NCBI GenBank assembly: GCA_963770895.1
Contig: CAVYRF010000001.1
Span: 1-64,000, forward strand
Direction of reading: 5' to 3'
Length of the DNA stretch: 64,000 nucleotides
DNA from: an uncultured Acidobacteriota bacterium
GTDB lineage: Bacteria > Acidobacteriota > Thermoanaerobaculia > Multivoradales > UBA5704
Below are positions 1 to 9,144 of this stretch, in pieces (positions within the stretch are counted from its first letter, which is position 1; the number at the start of each line of letters is the position of its first letter). A program made the translations under genes and the position numbers. The notes beneath the pieces were generated by a model, which made no database searches, had not been told where the DNA came from, and worked only from the letters and a program-made list of their open reading frames with translations.

Positions 1-801
1 GATCGCGACCTGGCCGGGGGTGTCGGCGACCACGTCGAACGCCAGCGCGGCGGGGGCGACCCGCGCTTCGTTGGACCAGCCGGTCTTGTCGGCCTTGGCG
101 TCGTGGCGCTCCTGGATCAGGCGCAGGACGTGATGGCCCGCGGCCAGGCTGCGGTCGAATTCCAGCGGCTTGTCGAGGAAGGAGACCAGCGGCGCCTTGA
201 TCCACGCCAGGTAGTGCCCGTCGAGATAGACGTAGAGGTCCCACGCCACGTCGTCTTCGGCAAAATTGGGATGGTATTCGATCGTCCAATGGAGCCGGGC
301 GGCGTGGGGCGGCGGCGGCGGTCGCTTGACCGGCGTCGCGGGGGGGGCCGCGGGACTGGGCGAGCCGGCGGGCGGCGCTCCCACGGGCGTCTGGCCGGGG
401 CTGGTCTTGCCGGCGATCTCCAGCAGGCTCTTGACGAAGCCGTCCGAGGCGCCGGCGCGCTTGATCTCGATGACCTCACGGCTGCCCACCTTGGCGGGCT
501 TGTGCCCGGGGACCTGCAGCCACTGCAGGACGACCGGCTCCGAGACCTTGGCGCCGAGCATGCGCACCACTTCGCGCACGGTGGGGTCGAGCGCCGGAAC
601 TTCGGCGGCCGTTGCCGGCGGGTCGGCGGGGGCGGCAGCCTGGGTGCGGCTGTCGATGGTGGCGGCTGCCGCCAACCTGCCGGCAGCGGCCGCCGGCATT
701 GCCAGGATCGTCACGGCGAAGCTCACAACGAGGCAAGCCAGGACAACCTGACGGCGGCGCGCCGCCGGTGCGGTGCCGGCTGATGCACTTCGATCGGTCA
801 T
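1..801 (-). CDS. Secreted hypothetical protein, 3' end truncated by the window edge
   Basis: ATG at 801 after GGAGAGG; reads MTDRSASAGTAPAARRRQVVLACLVVSFAVTILAMPAAA (signal-like); frame open to position 1; absent from the ORF track because no stop falls in the window. Confidence 0.7.
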   Translation of the reverse strand, partial: MTDRSASAGTAPAARRRQVVLACLVVSFAVTILAMPAAAAGRLAAAATIDSRTQAAAPADPPATAAEVPALDPTVREVVRMLGAKVSEPVVLQWLQVPGHKPAKVGSREVIEIKRAGASDGFVKSLLEIAGKTSPGQTPVGAPPAGSPSPAAPPATPVKRPPPPPHAARLHWTIEYHPNFAEDDVAWDLYVYLDGHYLAWIKAPLVSFLDKPLEFDRSLAAGHHVLRLIQERHDAKADKTGWSNEARVAPAALAFDVVADTPGQVAI

Positions 802-880
802 GCCCTCTCCGTATCGGTCAACAGTTGTTCAATGTCGGGTTTAACGCGCCGGCGAAGGCCGGGATTCCTGCGCCGGGCGG

Positions 881-1591
881 TCAGCGCGGCCGCAGTCCAT
901 GCAGCATGGCGAGAAAGGCGCCGCGCGCCGCGGTGATGGTGGCGTCAGGGCCGATGACTTTCAGATACCAGGGCCCGCCAGGCCCCTCCACGACGGCTCC
1001 CAGCAGGCGCGATCCAGTTTGGGCCGTCGTCGGCCCCATGCCGACGGTGCTGGGCTTCATCGTGCCGGCGACCTCGACCCAGCTGACCTTCAGCCCGTGG
1101 GTGGTGAAGTCTTCGCGATGCGGCGGCGCGACGGGGGCGTCGATCTGGCCGACCCAGCGATCGATGTTGGCTGCCGCCGAACCGCCGCCGCCGGCGCCAA
1201 AGTAGAAAACCGCGAACTGCCCCGATCCTGCGGCCCCCGGAATGCTGGCCTGCGCCAGCCGCATGCTGCTGCCCGGCTTTTCGCTCACCCAGCCTGCCGG
1301 CAGGTCGAACGCCAGGCCAGGCTGGGCCGCCGCCGCGGCGCCGCCGGACGACGGGGCGGTCGGGGTGGCAGTGCCGGAAGCGGTCGGGGCCGGTGGCGTC
1401 GCGACGGCGTTGCCGGAGCCACCGGGACCACCGGCGCCAGTGACGCCGCTGGCGCCGTGCGCCGAAAGCACCGGAAACTGCCCCGCCGGCGGCGCCGCCT
1501 GGGCCATGCCGGCGGCGCGCGCCGGCGGTGCCCACGACGCCCCGGCAAGCAGGGTGAGCGAAAGGGACAGCAGGGCGGCGGCGCGGCGCAT
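881..1591 (-). CDS. Secreted hypothetical protein
   Basis: Signal peptide, Ala/Pro/Gly linker, then a globular-looking domain (FDLPAGWVSEKP...SMRLAQ...ANIDRWVGQ...GPWYLKVIGP). Confidence 0.75.
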   Translation of the reverse strand: MRRAAALLSLSLTLLAGASWAPPARAAGMAQAAPPAGQFPVLSAHGASGVTGAGGPGGSGNAVATPPAPTASGTATPTAPSSGGAAAAAQPGLAFDLPAGWVSEKPGSSMRLAQASIPGAAGSGQFAVFYFGAGGGGSAAANIDRWVGQIDAPVAPPHREDFTTHGLKVSWVEVAGTMKPSTVGMGPTTAQTGSRLLGAVVEGPGGPWYLKVIGPDATITAARGAFLAMLHGLRPR

Positions 1592-1709
1592 GGGATCTGG
1601 TTGGCGGATCGGCTCGAACGTGCTCTTACGATATCAGAGCTGTATGTCAGCCAAGCATGGACCGTGCCGGCCGGCGCGAGCAGGTGGATAATGGCGGGGG
1701 CAATCGAAC

Positions 1710-2444
1710 ATGGAGCACGGCACGGACGACACGGCGATGGGTGCCACGGCTGCGGGCCACGACGGCGACGGCCACCGCGGACCGCGGGGTGCCGGGGTGC
1801 AGGTCGTCGGCGTCCTGCTTTTCCTGTTCATTCCGCTGGTGCTGTTTCTCTTCGTCCGCCATCCGGCGCCGATCGGCGCCAGCCTCGCGGCCGGCGTCGC
1901 GCTGATGCTGGGCCACCGGCTGGTGGCGCGCCCGTACATGGCGCGCGCGGCCGCCCGCAAGTGTCTGTGGTGCAACCGGCTGATGGCGGTGCCGGGGGAC
2001 GGCCAGGACGCGGCAGGCGAAACGCTCGACCTGCGCGCGGGCAGCGGCGGCGGTGCCGTCGCGGCGCGTTGCTGCCCCGGCCACGGCCGGTTTGCGGCGC
2101 GATTCCTGCGCCTGCTGGGGCGCGCCCGCTGGCCGCTGCGGGTGGGCATCTTCCTGCCGCTGCTGCTCCTGCTCGGGGCGTTAGCCGCCGCCGCCCTGGG
2201 CGCCGGACCGCCCCGCCTGCCTGCGGTTGCCACCGCGGTGTTCCAGCTGGTGGTGGGGGTGACGGTGAGCGCCGCGGCGTGGGGCACCCTGTCGATGGCG
2301 GACGAACGCGCGCCGGATGCCGCGATCGTGGTGCCGTTTCCGTTGCACAACTTCTTCCTGCTGGGTGTGCAGCCGCTGCTGTGGATCTTTCGCATCGTCG
2401 GCGCCTGGTGGATCTGGCGCGGCGCGAGCGCGCTTCTGTGGTGA
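1710..2444 (+). CDS. Integral membrane hypothetical protein with a CxxC motif
   Basis: Several hydrophobic segments; CLWC and CCPGH motifs; stop overlaps the next start (GTGA). Confidence 0.7.
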   Translation: MEHGTDDTAMGATAAGHDGDGHRGPRGAGVQVVGVLLFLFIPLVLFLFVRHPAPIGASLAAGVALMLGHRLVARPYMARAAARKCLWCNRLMAVPGDGQDAAGETLDLRAGSGGGAVAARCCPGHGRFAARFLRLLGRARWPLRVGIFLPLLLLLGALAAAALGAGPPRLPAVATAVFQLVVGVTVSAAAWGTLSMADERAPDAAIVVPFPLHNFFLLGVQPLLWIFRIVGAWWIWRGASALLW

Positions 2445-2923
2445 GCACCGCCCCGCGGGCGGCGCGGGCGCTCGGGGCGCTCCGGACGTGGCGCGCGATG
2501 CGCGCCAGGCCGGCCGCGCGGGCGAGGCGCGGGACGCAGGGCTTCTCGCTGATCGAGGTGCTGGTGGCGCTGTGGGTGCTGGCGATCGCGCTGCTCGCGG
2601 GCCTGGCGTTGGTGCAGCAGCAGCCGCGGGCGGTGCGGCGGATCGACGCCGAGCGCCAGGCGGTGCGAGGCATGGAGTGGACGCTCGAATCGATCCGCGC
2701 CGGCCTGATCCCGCTGGCATCGGAGAACCTCACCGGCTTCACCGCTGCGACCGACCCGAAGGCGCCCGCGGCGGACCTCAAGGTCGCGGTCGCCGTGGCG
2801 CCGGCGGCCGGCGGCGCCACCGACCTGTTCCAGGTGTCGCTGGTGGCGACCTATACGGTCTATGGCCAACGCATGAAGCGCACCATGCAGACCCTGGTCT
2901 GGCGTCCGGGGGCCTCCCCATGA
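2441..2923 (+). CDS. Prepilin-type N-terminal cleavage/methylation protein (PilV/GspI-like)
   Basis: Class III signal QG|FSLIEVLVALWVLAIALLAG; start uncertain (2441 GTG or 2498 ATG). Confidence 0.8.
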   Translation: MSTAPRAARALGALRTWRAMRARPAARARRGTQGFSLIEVLVALWVLAIALLAGLALVQQQPRAVRRIDAERQAVRGMEWTLESIRAGLIPLASENLTGFTAATDPKAPAADLKVAVAVAPAAGGATDLFQVSLVATYTVYGQRMKRTMQTLVWRPGASP

Positions 2924-3474
2924 GCCGCGGCGCGGCGGGGTTCAGCCTGGTCGAGATGCTGGTGGCGCTGGTGATCCTGATCCTGGCCCTGGCGCTCGCG
3001 GCGCAGCTGCTGGGCGAGACGGCGCAGATGATGGCCGACGCGGGCCGCCAGGCGCTCGATCCGGCGCCGGCCCTGGCCGCCATCCGGCTGCGCGTCGACG
3101 TGCAGGGGGCGACCGCCGCCGTGGTATCGCAGAACCTGGACGGCAGCTGTGCCGACGTCGAGCTGCTCGGCTACGCCGGCGGGCCGATCTACTATCAGAT
3201 CGCGGGCGGCGCGCTCACCCGTCTGGCGGTCAGCGCCCTGGGCAAGCCCGAGACGCTGGTGCTGCTCCCCGGCGCCTCGGGCTTTCTCTGCCAGCTGGTC
3301 AACCTGCCGGGCATGCCGCAGGTGCTGCGCGTCGACTACCAATACGTGCGCTCCACGGTGCGCCGGAGCGCCCTCGATCTCGAGCTGCCGGCGCTGTGGG
3401 GGCCGCGCCAGATGCAGGTGGTGGAGACGTACTACCTGGCGCCGCGCGGCGGCGGTTTCGGCGGGTCGTGGTAG
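2920..3474 (+). CDS. Prepilin-type protein (PilW/GspJ-like)
   Basis: MSRGAAG|FSLVEMLVALVILILALALA; ATGA overlap with the previous gene. Confidence 0.85.
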   Translation: MSRGAAGFSLVEMLVALVILILALALAAQLLGETAQMMADAGRQALDPAPALAAIRLRVDVQGATAAVVSQNLDGSCADVELLGYAGGPIYYQIAGGALTRLAVSALGKPETLVLLPGASGFLCQLVNLPGMPQVLRVDYQYVRSTVRRSALDLELPALWGPRQMQVVETYYLAPRGGGFGGSW

Positions 3475-3497
3475 GGCGGCACCGCGCGGGCCGTGCG

Positions 3498-3893
3498 GTG
3501 GCGACGGCGCGCGCCGGTCAGGGCGGCTATGCGCTGCTGGTGGCGCTGCTGGTCGTCTTCATGGTGTCGGTGGCGCTGTCGCTGATCGCGCTCTCGCTCG
3601 GGGTGCAGATGCGATCGGCGCGCGAGGAGGCGCGCGGCACCGTGCTGACGTCGCTGTGTGACGCGGCCCTCGCCGAAGCGCTGTCGGCGATCGCCGCCGG
3701 CGGCAGGTCGGGGCTGCCCCAGCACGCGTTCGGCGACGGCCTGATCGGCAGCAACGTGCTGGCGATCGACGCGCTGCACTTCACCGTCACCGCCACCGCC
3801 ACCTACGGCGGCAAGGGCCGCAGCGTGCAGGCCCAGGTGGTGCGCGACGCCGGCGGCACCCGCGTCGTCGCCTGGCAGCGCCTCTCCGGCTGA
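3498..3893 (+). CDS. PilX/GspK-like minor pilin
   Basis: GG|YALLVALLVVFMVSVALSL lacks Glu5, as in PilX/GspK; start approximate. Confidence 0.7.
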   Translation: MATARAGQGGYALLVALLVVFMVSVALSLIALSLGVQMRSAREEARGTVLTSLCDAALAEALSAIAAGGRSGLPQHAFGDGLIGSNVLAIDALHFTVTATATYGGKGRSVQAQVVRDAGGTRVVAWQRLSG

Positions 3894-3924
3894 TGGTAGG
3901 GTGACGACCCGAGGAGGTGACGCG

Positions 3925-5598
3925 ATGGCGGAACGGGGACGGTGGACGCGGCGGGAGTTCCTTGAGCGGGTGGGGCTGGCCGGGGGCGCCGCGGCGGTGT
4001 ACGAGTCGATGGTGGCGCTGGGGATGCTGCGCACGCCGGCGGCCTATGCCGGCGCGCCCAAGGCGGCGCGGCGCGGCAGCGGCAGGTCGGTGCTGGTGTT
4101 GGGGGCGGGAATCGCCGGCCTGACCGCGGCCTACGAGCTGCAAAAGGCGGACTACCAGGTGGAGATCCTGGAGGCGTCCGAGCGGATCGGCGGCCGCAGC
4201 TACACGGTGCGGGCCAACGACGTCATCCAGCAGACCGCCTTCCCCAACCAGACCTGCCACTTCGACCTGGGGCTGTATCTGAACGCCGGCCCCGGCCGCA
4301 TCCCGTACCACCACCAGGCGCTGCTCGACTACTGCCGCGAGCTGGGGGTCGAGCTGGAAGTCTACGTGATGGAAGACCGCGCGGCGCTCTTCCAGACCGA
4401 TCAGGCCTTTGCCGCCAAGCCGGTGCGCAACCGGCAGATCGCCAACGATACCCGCGGCTACATCGCCGAGCTGCTGGCCAAGGCGGTCGACAAGCGGGTG
4501 TTCGACGACGAGCTGACGGCGGCCGACCGCAAGGAGCTGCTCAACCTGCTGGTGGTGTTCGGCGACGTCGATCCCGACGATCAGTACAAGTATGCGGGCT
4601 CGTCACGCTCGGGCTACACGGTGCCGCCGGCGGTCGTCGAGCCGGGCGACATCGTCAAGCCGGAGCCGTTCGCGGACCTGCTCAAGTCGCGCTTCTGGCG
4701 GCACCGCTTCTACCAGCCCGAAGACTACGAGTGGCAGGCCACCATGTTCCAGCCGGTGGGCGGCATGGACCAGATCGTGCGCGCCTTCGAGCGCAAGCTG
4801 GGCACCGCCATCACCCGCGGCGCGGAGGTGGTCAAGGTCGAAACCGCGGAAGGCGGCGTGCAGGTGACGTATCAGGCGCGCGGCAAGGGGACCGAGCCGG
4901 TGGTGCGCAAGGCCGACTTCTGCATCAGCAGCATCCCGCTGCCGCTGCTGCAAAAGGTGATCGAAAATCCCACCTTCGCGCCCGACTTCAAGCACGCCGT
5001 GGGCACCGCCACCTTCGAAGCCGCCGCCAAGGTGGGCTGGCAGGCCGAGCAGCGCTTCTGGGAGTCGGCGGCCAACCAGATCTACGGCGGCATCAGCTGG
5101 ACCGACCACCCCATCACCCAGTTCTGGTACCCGTCGGCCGGCACCTTCTCCGCCAAGGGGGTGCTCACCGGCGCTTACAACTATGGCGAGACGGCGCGCA
5201 AGTTTGGCCAGCTGCCGCTCGACGAGCGCCTGATGCTGGCGGCCCAGGGCGCCGAACGGCTGCACCCCGAGTTCCTCAAGTTCGTCAAGACCGAGCTGGG
5301 CCTGTCGATCGCCTGGCAGCTGGTTCCCTTCATCCGCGGCGGGTGGGCCGATTGGGATTGGAGCAAGCCCGAGCATGCCGCCGCCTACCAGCGCCTGCTG
5401 GCGCCCGACAAGCGCTTCTTCGTCTGCGGCGACCAGGTGTCGTACTTGAGCGGCTGGCAGGAGGGGGCGGTGCTGTCGGCCCACCACGTGGTGCGCCAGA
5501 TCACCAACCCGGCGCAGCCGCTGCTGCTGACCGCGCCCAAGTTCGCACCGCGCCGTGCGCCGCGCACGCGCCGCATCACCGGCGCCGAGGAGGCTTGA
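3925..5598 (+). CDS. Tat-exported flavin monoamine/L-amino acid oxidase family protein
   Basis: RBS GAGGAGG; TRREFL twin-arginine motif; GAGIAG FAD fold; EASERIGGR; MFQPVGGMD; C-terminal GDQVSYLSGWQEGA. Confidence 0.9.
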   Translation: MAERGRWTRREFLERVGLAGGAAAVYESMVALGMLRTPAAYAGAPKAARRGSGRSVLVLGAGIAGLTAAYELQKADYQVEILEASERIGGRSYTVRANDVIQQTAFPNQTCHFDLGLYLNAGPGRIPYHHQALLDYCRELGVELEVYVMEDRAALFQTDQAFAAKPVRNRQIANDTRGYIAELLAKAVDKRVFDDELTAADRKELLNLLVVFGDVDPDDQYKYAGSSRSGYTVPPAVVEPGDIVKPEPFADLLKSRFWRHRFYQPEDYEWQATMFQPVGGMDQIVRAFERKLGTAITRGAEVVKVETAEGGVQVTYQARGKGTEPVVRKADFCISSIPLPLLQKVIENPTFAPDFKHAVGTATFEAAAKVGWQAEQRFWESAANQIYGGISWTDHPITQFWYPSAGTFSAKGVLTGAYNYGETARKFGQLPLDERLMLAAQGAERLHPEFLKFVKTELGLSIAWQLVPFIRGGWADWDWSKPEHAAAYQRLLAPDKRFFVCGDQVSYLSGWQEGAVLSAHHVVRQITNPAQPLLLTAPKFAPRRAPRTRRITGAEEA

Positions 5599-5655
5599 CC
5601 GGCGTTGCGGCGATCCCGGCGGCGCCGATGGGCGAGCGCCGCCGGGTACCGGCTG

Positions 5656-6633
5656 CTACAGCGCCGCGATGCTGACGCCGCCGCCGCTGGAATGCAGCTT
5701 GAGGACGGCGCCGCCGCCCTGCAGCGTGCCCTCGACGTGCCCGTGCGACAGGTGCCCGTGCATGGTGAGCGGCAGCGAGCAGTCGACCGAGCCGCCGGAA
5801 GCGGAGGCATCGATGTTCAGGTGCGCCGCCGGATCGACCTGCACGTCGACCGCGCCGCCGCTCGACGAAACCTCGCCGCCGTGGCCATTGCCGGCGGCGA
5901 AGCTGACCCGCACCGAGCCGCCCGAGGAATAGGCGACGACGCGGCCGCCGGCGCTCTTGACGGAGACGTCGCCGCCGCTCGATTTGGCCACCACGTCGCC
6001 GGCGATCCTGTCGACGTGCACGCCGCCGCCGCTGGATCCGGCCGTGAGGTTGCCCTGGATCGCTTCGGCGGTCAGATTGCCGCCCGAGCTGGAAATGTCG
6101 ACGTCGCCGCGGATGCTGCGCGCCGTCACGTCGCCGCCGCTCGATTCGGCCACCACCTTGCCGGACATCGATGCGGCGGTGACGTTGCCGCCCGAGCTGC
6201 GCAGGTCGCTGCCGCCGTCCAGGCCGGCGAGGTCGATGTTGCCGCCGCTCAGGCGAACGGAGGTGACGGTGGCGCGCGGCACGCTGATGGCAATGGCGGT
6301 CTTGCCGCGGTCGCCCTGCCAGTCGCCGAACCAGCCGGTGCCCGCCCGCCGCTTGACGGTCACCCGCACTTCGTTGGCCGCCGACTCGAAGCGGATGTCG
6401 TACTTCTTCTCCAGATCGTCGCGGTCGCTGGTCAGGACGACCGTGGCGCCCGACGCGGCATCGCCGCGCGCCGTGACGCTGCCGACCGACGAATCCACCA
6501 CCAGCCGGCCGCCGGGCGCCAGCGCCAGGTGCTTTTCGATCCGCACCTCCGCCCAGGCGGGGGAGACCGCCAGCAGCGCAGCGCCCAGCGCGGTCGCCGC
6601 CGTTCCATGCCATTGCCATGCTCGCCTGCTCAT
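5656..6633 (-). CDS. DUF4097-type beta-strand repeat protein, secreted
   Basis: Signal peptide; repeated SSGGxV units about 19 aa apart; C-terminal GTLQGGGAVLKLHSSGGGVSI; GGAGGG upstream of the ATG at 6633. Confidence 0.85.
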   Translation of the reverse strand: MSRRAWQWHGTAATALGAALLAVSPAWAEVRIEKHLALAPGGRLVVDSSVGSVTARGDAASGATVVLTSDRDDLEKKYDIRFESAANEVRVTVKRRAGTGWFGDWQGDRGKTAIAISVPRATVTSVRLSGGNIDLAGLDGGSDLRSSGGNVTAASMSGKVVAESSGGDVTARSIRGDVDISSSGGNLTAEAIQGNLTAGSSGGGVHVDRIAGDVVAKSSGGDVSVKSAGGRVVAYSSGGSVRVSFAAGNGHGGEVSSSGGAVDVQVDPAAHLNIDASASGGSVDCSLPLTMHGHLSHGHVEGTLQGGGAVLKLHSSGGGVSIAAL

Positions 6634-6793
6634 CGCGAAACCCTCCTGGTCGTAGAGCGTGCAGTGGATGCCGCGGGCCTGGCCAGCCCGGAACCGTGTT
6701 CCGGGCCGCGCCTGCGACAGATCCGTAGCCACTACGACGCAAAGCGACCGCCGCGGGTTTCAGGGGCGGCGAGGGCGGGCGATGGGAAGATTT

Positions 6794-7897
6794 CTATGAG
6801 CCGGGAACGCGGGGGAGGCGAGGGGGAGGCTGCAGCGGGCGCCGCAGGTCGGCGGGCAGATACTTGACGGCCTCCCGCAGGGTCAGCGGCGCCACGCGGT
6901 CCAGGCGCTTGCCCAGGTAGTCCGCCACCCGCCGGGGGTGGCGCTTGCCCACTTCGCGCAACACCCAGCCGAGCGCCTTGCGGATGAAGAATTCACGCTC
7001 CCCCAGCATCGCGTCGGCGCGCCGCGTCCATCGCCGCCACGCTGCCATGCCGGCGTCGGCGCGGGCCAGCGGGCGCAGGGGCGCCAGCAGCGCCCCACGG
7101 CGGATCCAGAAGTCGGCGTCGGCGGCCCACTGGTCCAGCTGTGCATCCAGGGCGGGATGCCGTTCGGCCAGCGGTCCCAGCACGTGGATCGCCAGCGGAT
7201 CGACGTAGGCCCAGGTGCCCGAGCGGCGCAGCAGCGTTTCGAGCAGGCGCAGGTCGGCCGGCAGGAGCAGCGCCTGGCGCGCCATCAGCAGCTCGATCGC
7301 GAACGCGCGCGGCTCGTGCTCCTGCCGCCGCCACAGCGCCGCCGCCAGCGCCGTCAGCTGGCCGCGTTGCAGCCCTGGATGGTCGGCCAGCCATTCGCGC
7401 GCCGCCCGCCGCAGCGTCGGCGTGTCGACGCCGAAGAACTCCAGCTGGCTCTTGAGGTATGCCTTGGCGCCTGCCGCCCGCTCGGGCGCCCCCAGCGGCC
7501 GCAGCGCCGCGGCGATGCGCTCGACCTGGGCCCGCGCTGCCGCCGCCCGGCCGCCGCGCGGCGGCGCCTGGCCCGGCTGCCACCCGAACCGCTCCAGATC
7601 GACCCGCCCCGCCAGGCTGAACACCACGTCTTCCTCTTCCAGCAGGAAGCGCTGGTACCCATGCCCGTCCCCTTCGGCGCGCGGGCTGACCTCGCCGCGC
7701 GCGTTGAGCACCCGGTGCCACGGCAGGTCCGAGTCGAAGTCGAGCGCGTGCAGGGCATACCCCACCTGGCGCGCATGGCCGGCAAGACCCGCCACCGCCG
7801 CCACCTGCCCATAGGTGGCGACGCGCCCCTTGGGGATGCCGCGCACCACCGCGTAGATCCGCGGATAGGCGCCGTCGGCTGAGTTCGAGGTCGGCAC
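6794..7897 (-). CDS. Fusion of an alkyltransferase-like (ATL/YbaZ) domain and an AlkD-family DNA alkylation repair domain
   Basis: N-terminal IPKGRVATYGQVA...ARQVGYAL...PWHRV (Trp in place of the MGMT catalytic Cys); C-terminal FFGVDTP, WAYVD, DFWIRR, EFFIRKALGWVLRE. Confidence 0.85.
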   Translation of the reverse strand: MPTSNSADGAYPRIYAVVRGIPKGRVATYGQVAAVAGLAGHARQVGYALHALDFDSDLPWHRVLNARGEVSPRAEGDGHGYQRFLLEEEDVVFSLAGRVDLERFGWQPGQAPPRGGRAAAARAQVERIAAALRPLGAPERAAGAKAYLKSQLEFFGVDTPTLRRAAREWLADHPGLQRGQLTALAAALWRRQEHEPRAFAIELLMARQALLLPADLRLLETLLRRSGTWAYVDPLAIHVLGPLAERHPALDAQLDQWAADADFWIRRGALLAPLRPLARADAGMAAWRRWTRRADAMLGEREFFIRKALGWVLREVGKRHPRRVADYLGKRLDRVAPLTLREAVKYLPADLRRPLQPPPRLPRVPGS

Positions 7898-7967
7898 GGG
7901 AGGCGTGGACTCCGCCCCGATGCTATCAGGGCGGCGGCGCCGCGCACTGCTGCCGGCGCCGGCGGGC

Positions 7968-8804
7968 TTACGAGCGGATGCCGACCGGTTCGACGGTGAT
8001 CAGGACCGACAGGGCTTCGGGCGGGAGCTGGGAGGCGTCGTCGGGCAGCTGGACGGGGGCGTCCCAGGTGCCGGGGGCCAGGCCCAGCAGGTAGATGCCC
8101 TTGAGCAGGCGGGGGCGGCCGCTGTCGGCGCCCAGGGTGAAGGCGGCGGTGAGCAGCGACGGCGGCGCGGCGGGGTCGGCGCCGACCACGCGCAGGTGGA
8201 GCGAAAGGTTGCTGTACCAGTCCGGCCAGACCAGCAGGCTGACGCGGGCGCTGCGGTCTTCGGCCGGCAGGCGGCGGTAGCTCCAGGCGGCGAAGGTGGC
8301 GGTGGCGCCGGCGGGGGCCATCATCGGGCTCAGGATGTCGAGGTCGATGGCCCGCGGCCAGCGGGCTGCCAGGTTGGGGTCCTGGGGGAGCAGGTGCGGA
8401 TAGAGGTCGTGCACGGTCAGGCGGACCGCGCCGCCGACCAGCGACGGATCGCCGGCGGGATATTCGTGCGACGGGCGGCTCACGCGCTCTTCGATCAGCG
8501 TGTCGCCGCGCCGGCCGACGGTCAGCAGGCGCAGGTCCGGCGCCAGTTTCGAAAGGTTTTGCACCTGTTCGCTGCCTTCGATATATCCGATCGATAGCGG
8601 CAGCGACTGCGCTTTGACGGCGCGGCCGGCGGCGGCCGCGGCGGCGGACGCCGGGTCGGCGGTCGGGTCCGCCGCACCGGCCAGCGGGTCGGCGCCGGCC
8701 CACCGCTCCACGCAGGGAGCCAGGGGAGCCAGGGCGCAGAGGGTGATGAAGTCTCGCCGGCGCAGCCGTAACGCGGAGCTGGTCTGGTCTCCGATGGAAC
8801 GCAT
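7968..8804 (-). CDS. Putative Tat-exported hypothetical protein
   Basis: GGGGAGG RBS before the ATG at 8804; LRRRDFITLCALAP twin-arginine-like signal. Confidence 0.7.
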   Translation of the reverse strand: MRSIGDQTSSALRLRRRDFITLCALAPLAPCVERWAGADPLAGAADPTADPASAAAAAAGRAVKAQSLPLSIGYIEGSEQVQNLSKLAPDLRLLTVGRRGDTLIEERVSRPSHEYPAGDPSLVGGAVRLTVHDLYPHLLPQDPNLAARWPRAIDLDILSPMMAPAGATATFAAWSYRRLPAEDRSARVSLLVWPDWYSNLSLHLRVVGADPAAPPSLLTAAFTLGADSGRPRLLKGIYLLGLAPGTWDAPVQLPDDASQLPPEALSVLITVEPVGIRS

Positions 8805-8965
8805 GGCCCACCTCCCCATGGAGCGCGCGGTGGTTCCAACCAAGAGGCTGGCGCCGCGCGCAAGCAGCTACTGCAAAGCAATGGAATCGTCGAGTGACGC
8901 GGTGCGATAGTACCACCAACCGGGCGCCGGTAAACCCGCGCCGGGTATCAATGATCAATTTGAGA

Positions 8966-8991
8966 TCGCGTTAAAAATCTTTACAACGCGA
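8966..8991. promoter_or_regulatory. Palindromic operator-like site in an AT-rich upstream region
   Basis: TCGCGTT-N12-AACGCGA perfect 7-bp inverted repeat overlapping a minus-strand TTGTAA. Confidence 0.4.
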
Positions 8992-9099
8992 CAAGGCCGG
9001 GACCGGGCCGTAGGGCCTGCGGGGCCGCTGCGTCGGAGCGGAGGTGCGGGGGCCGCTGAGTCGGGTCGCGGGCGGCGCGGCCTGTTCGTCCGGGTGGTG

Positions 9100-9144
9100 G
9101 TGCGGTCCGCCGCGTCAGACCGCGTGCGGTCCGCCGCGTCAGAC
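9100..9144. repeat. 21-bp direct repeat (24-bp period) at the 3' end of the squalene synthase gene
   Basis: GTGCGGTCCGCCGCGTCAGAC at 9100-9120 and 9124-9144. Confidence 0.85.

Noticed and set aside
9100-9144. Short direct repeats (here and at 51718-51880) as CRISPR remnants
   Set aside because: No spacer-sized unique intervals and no cas genes
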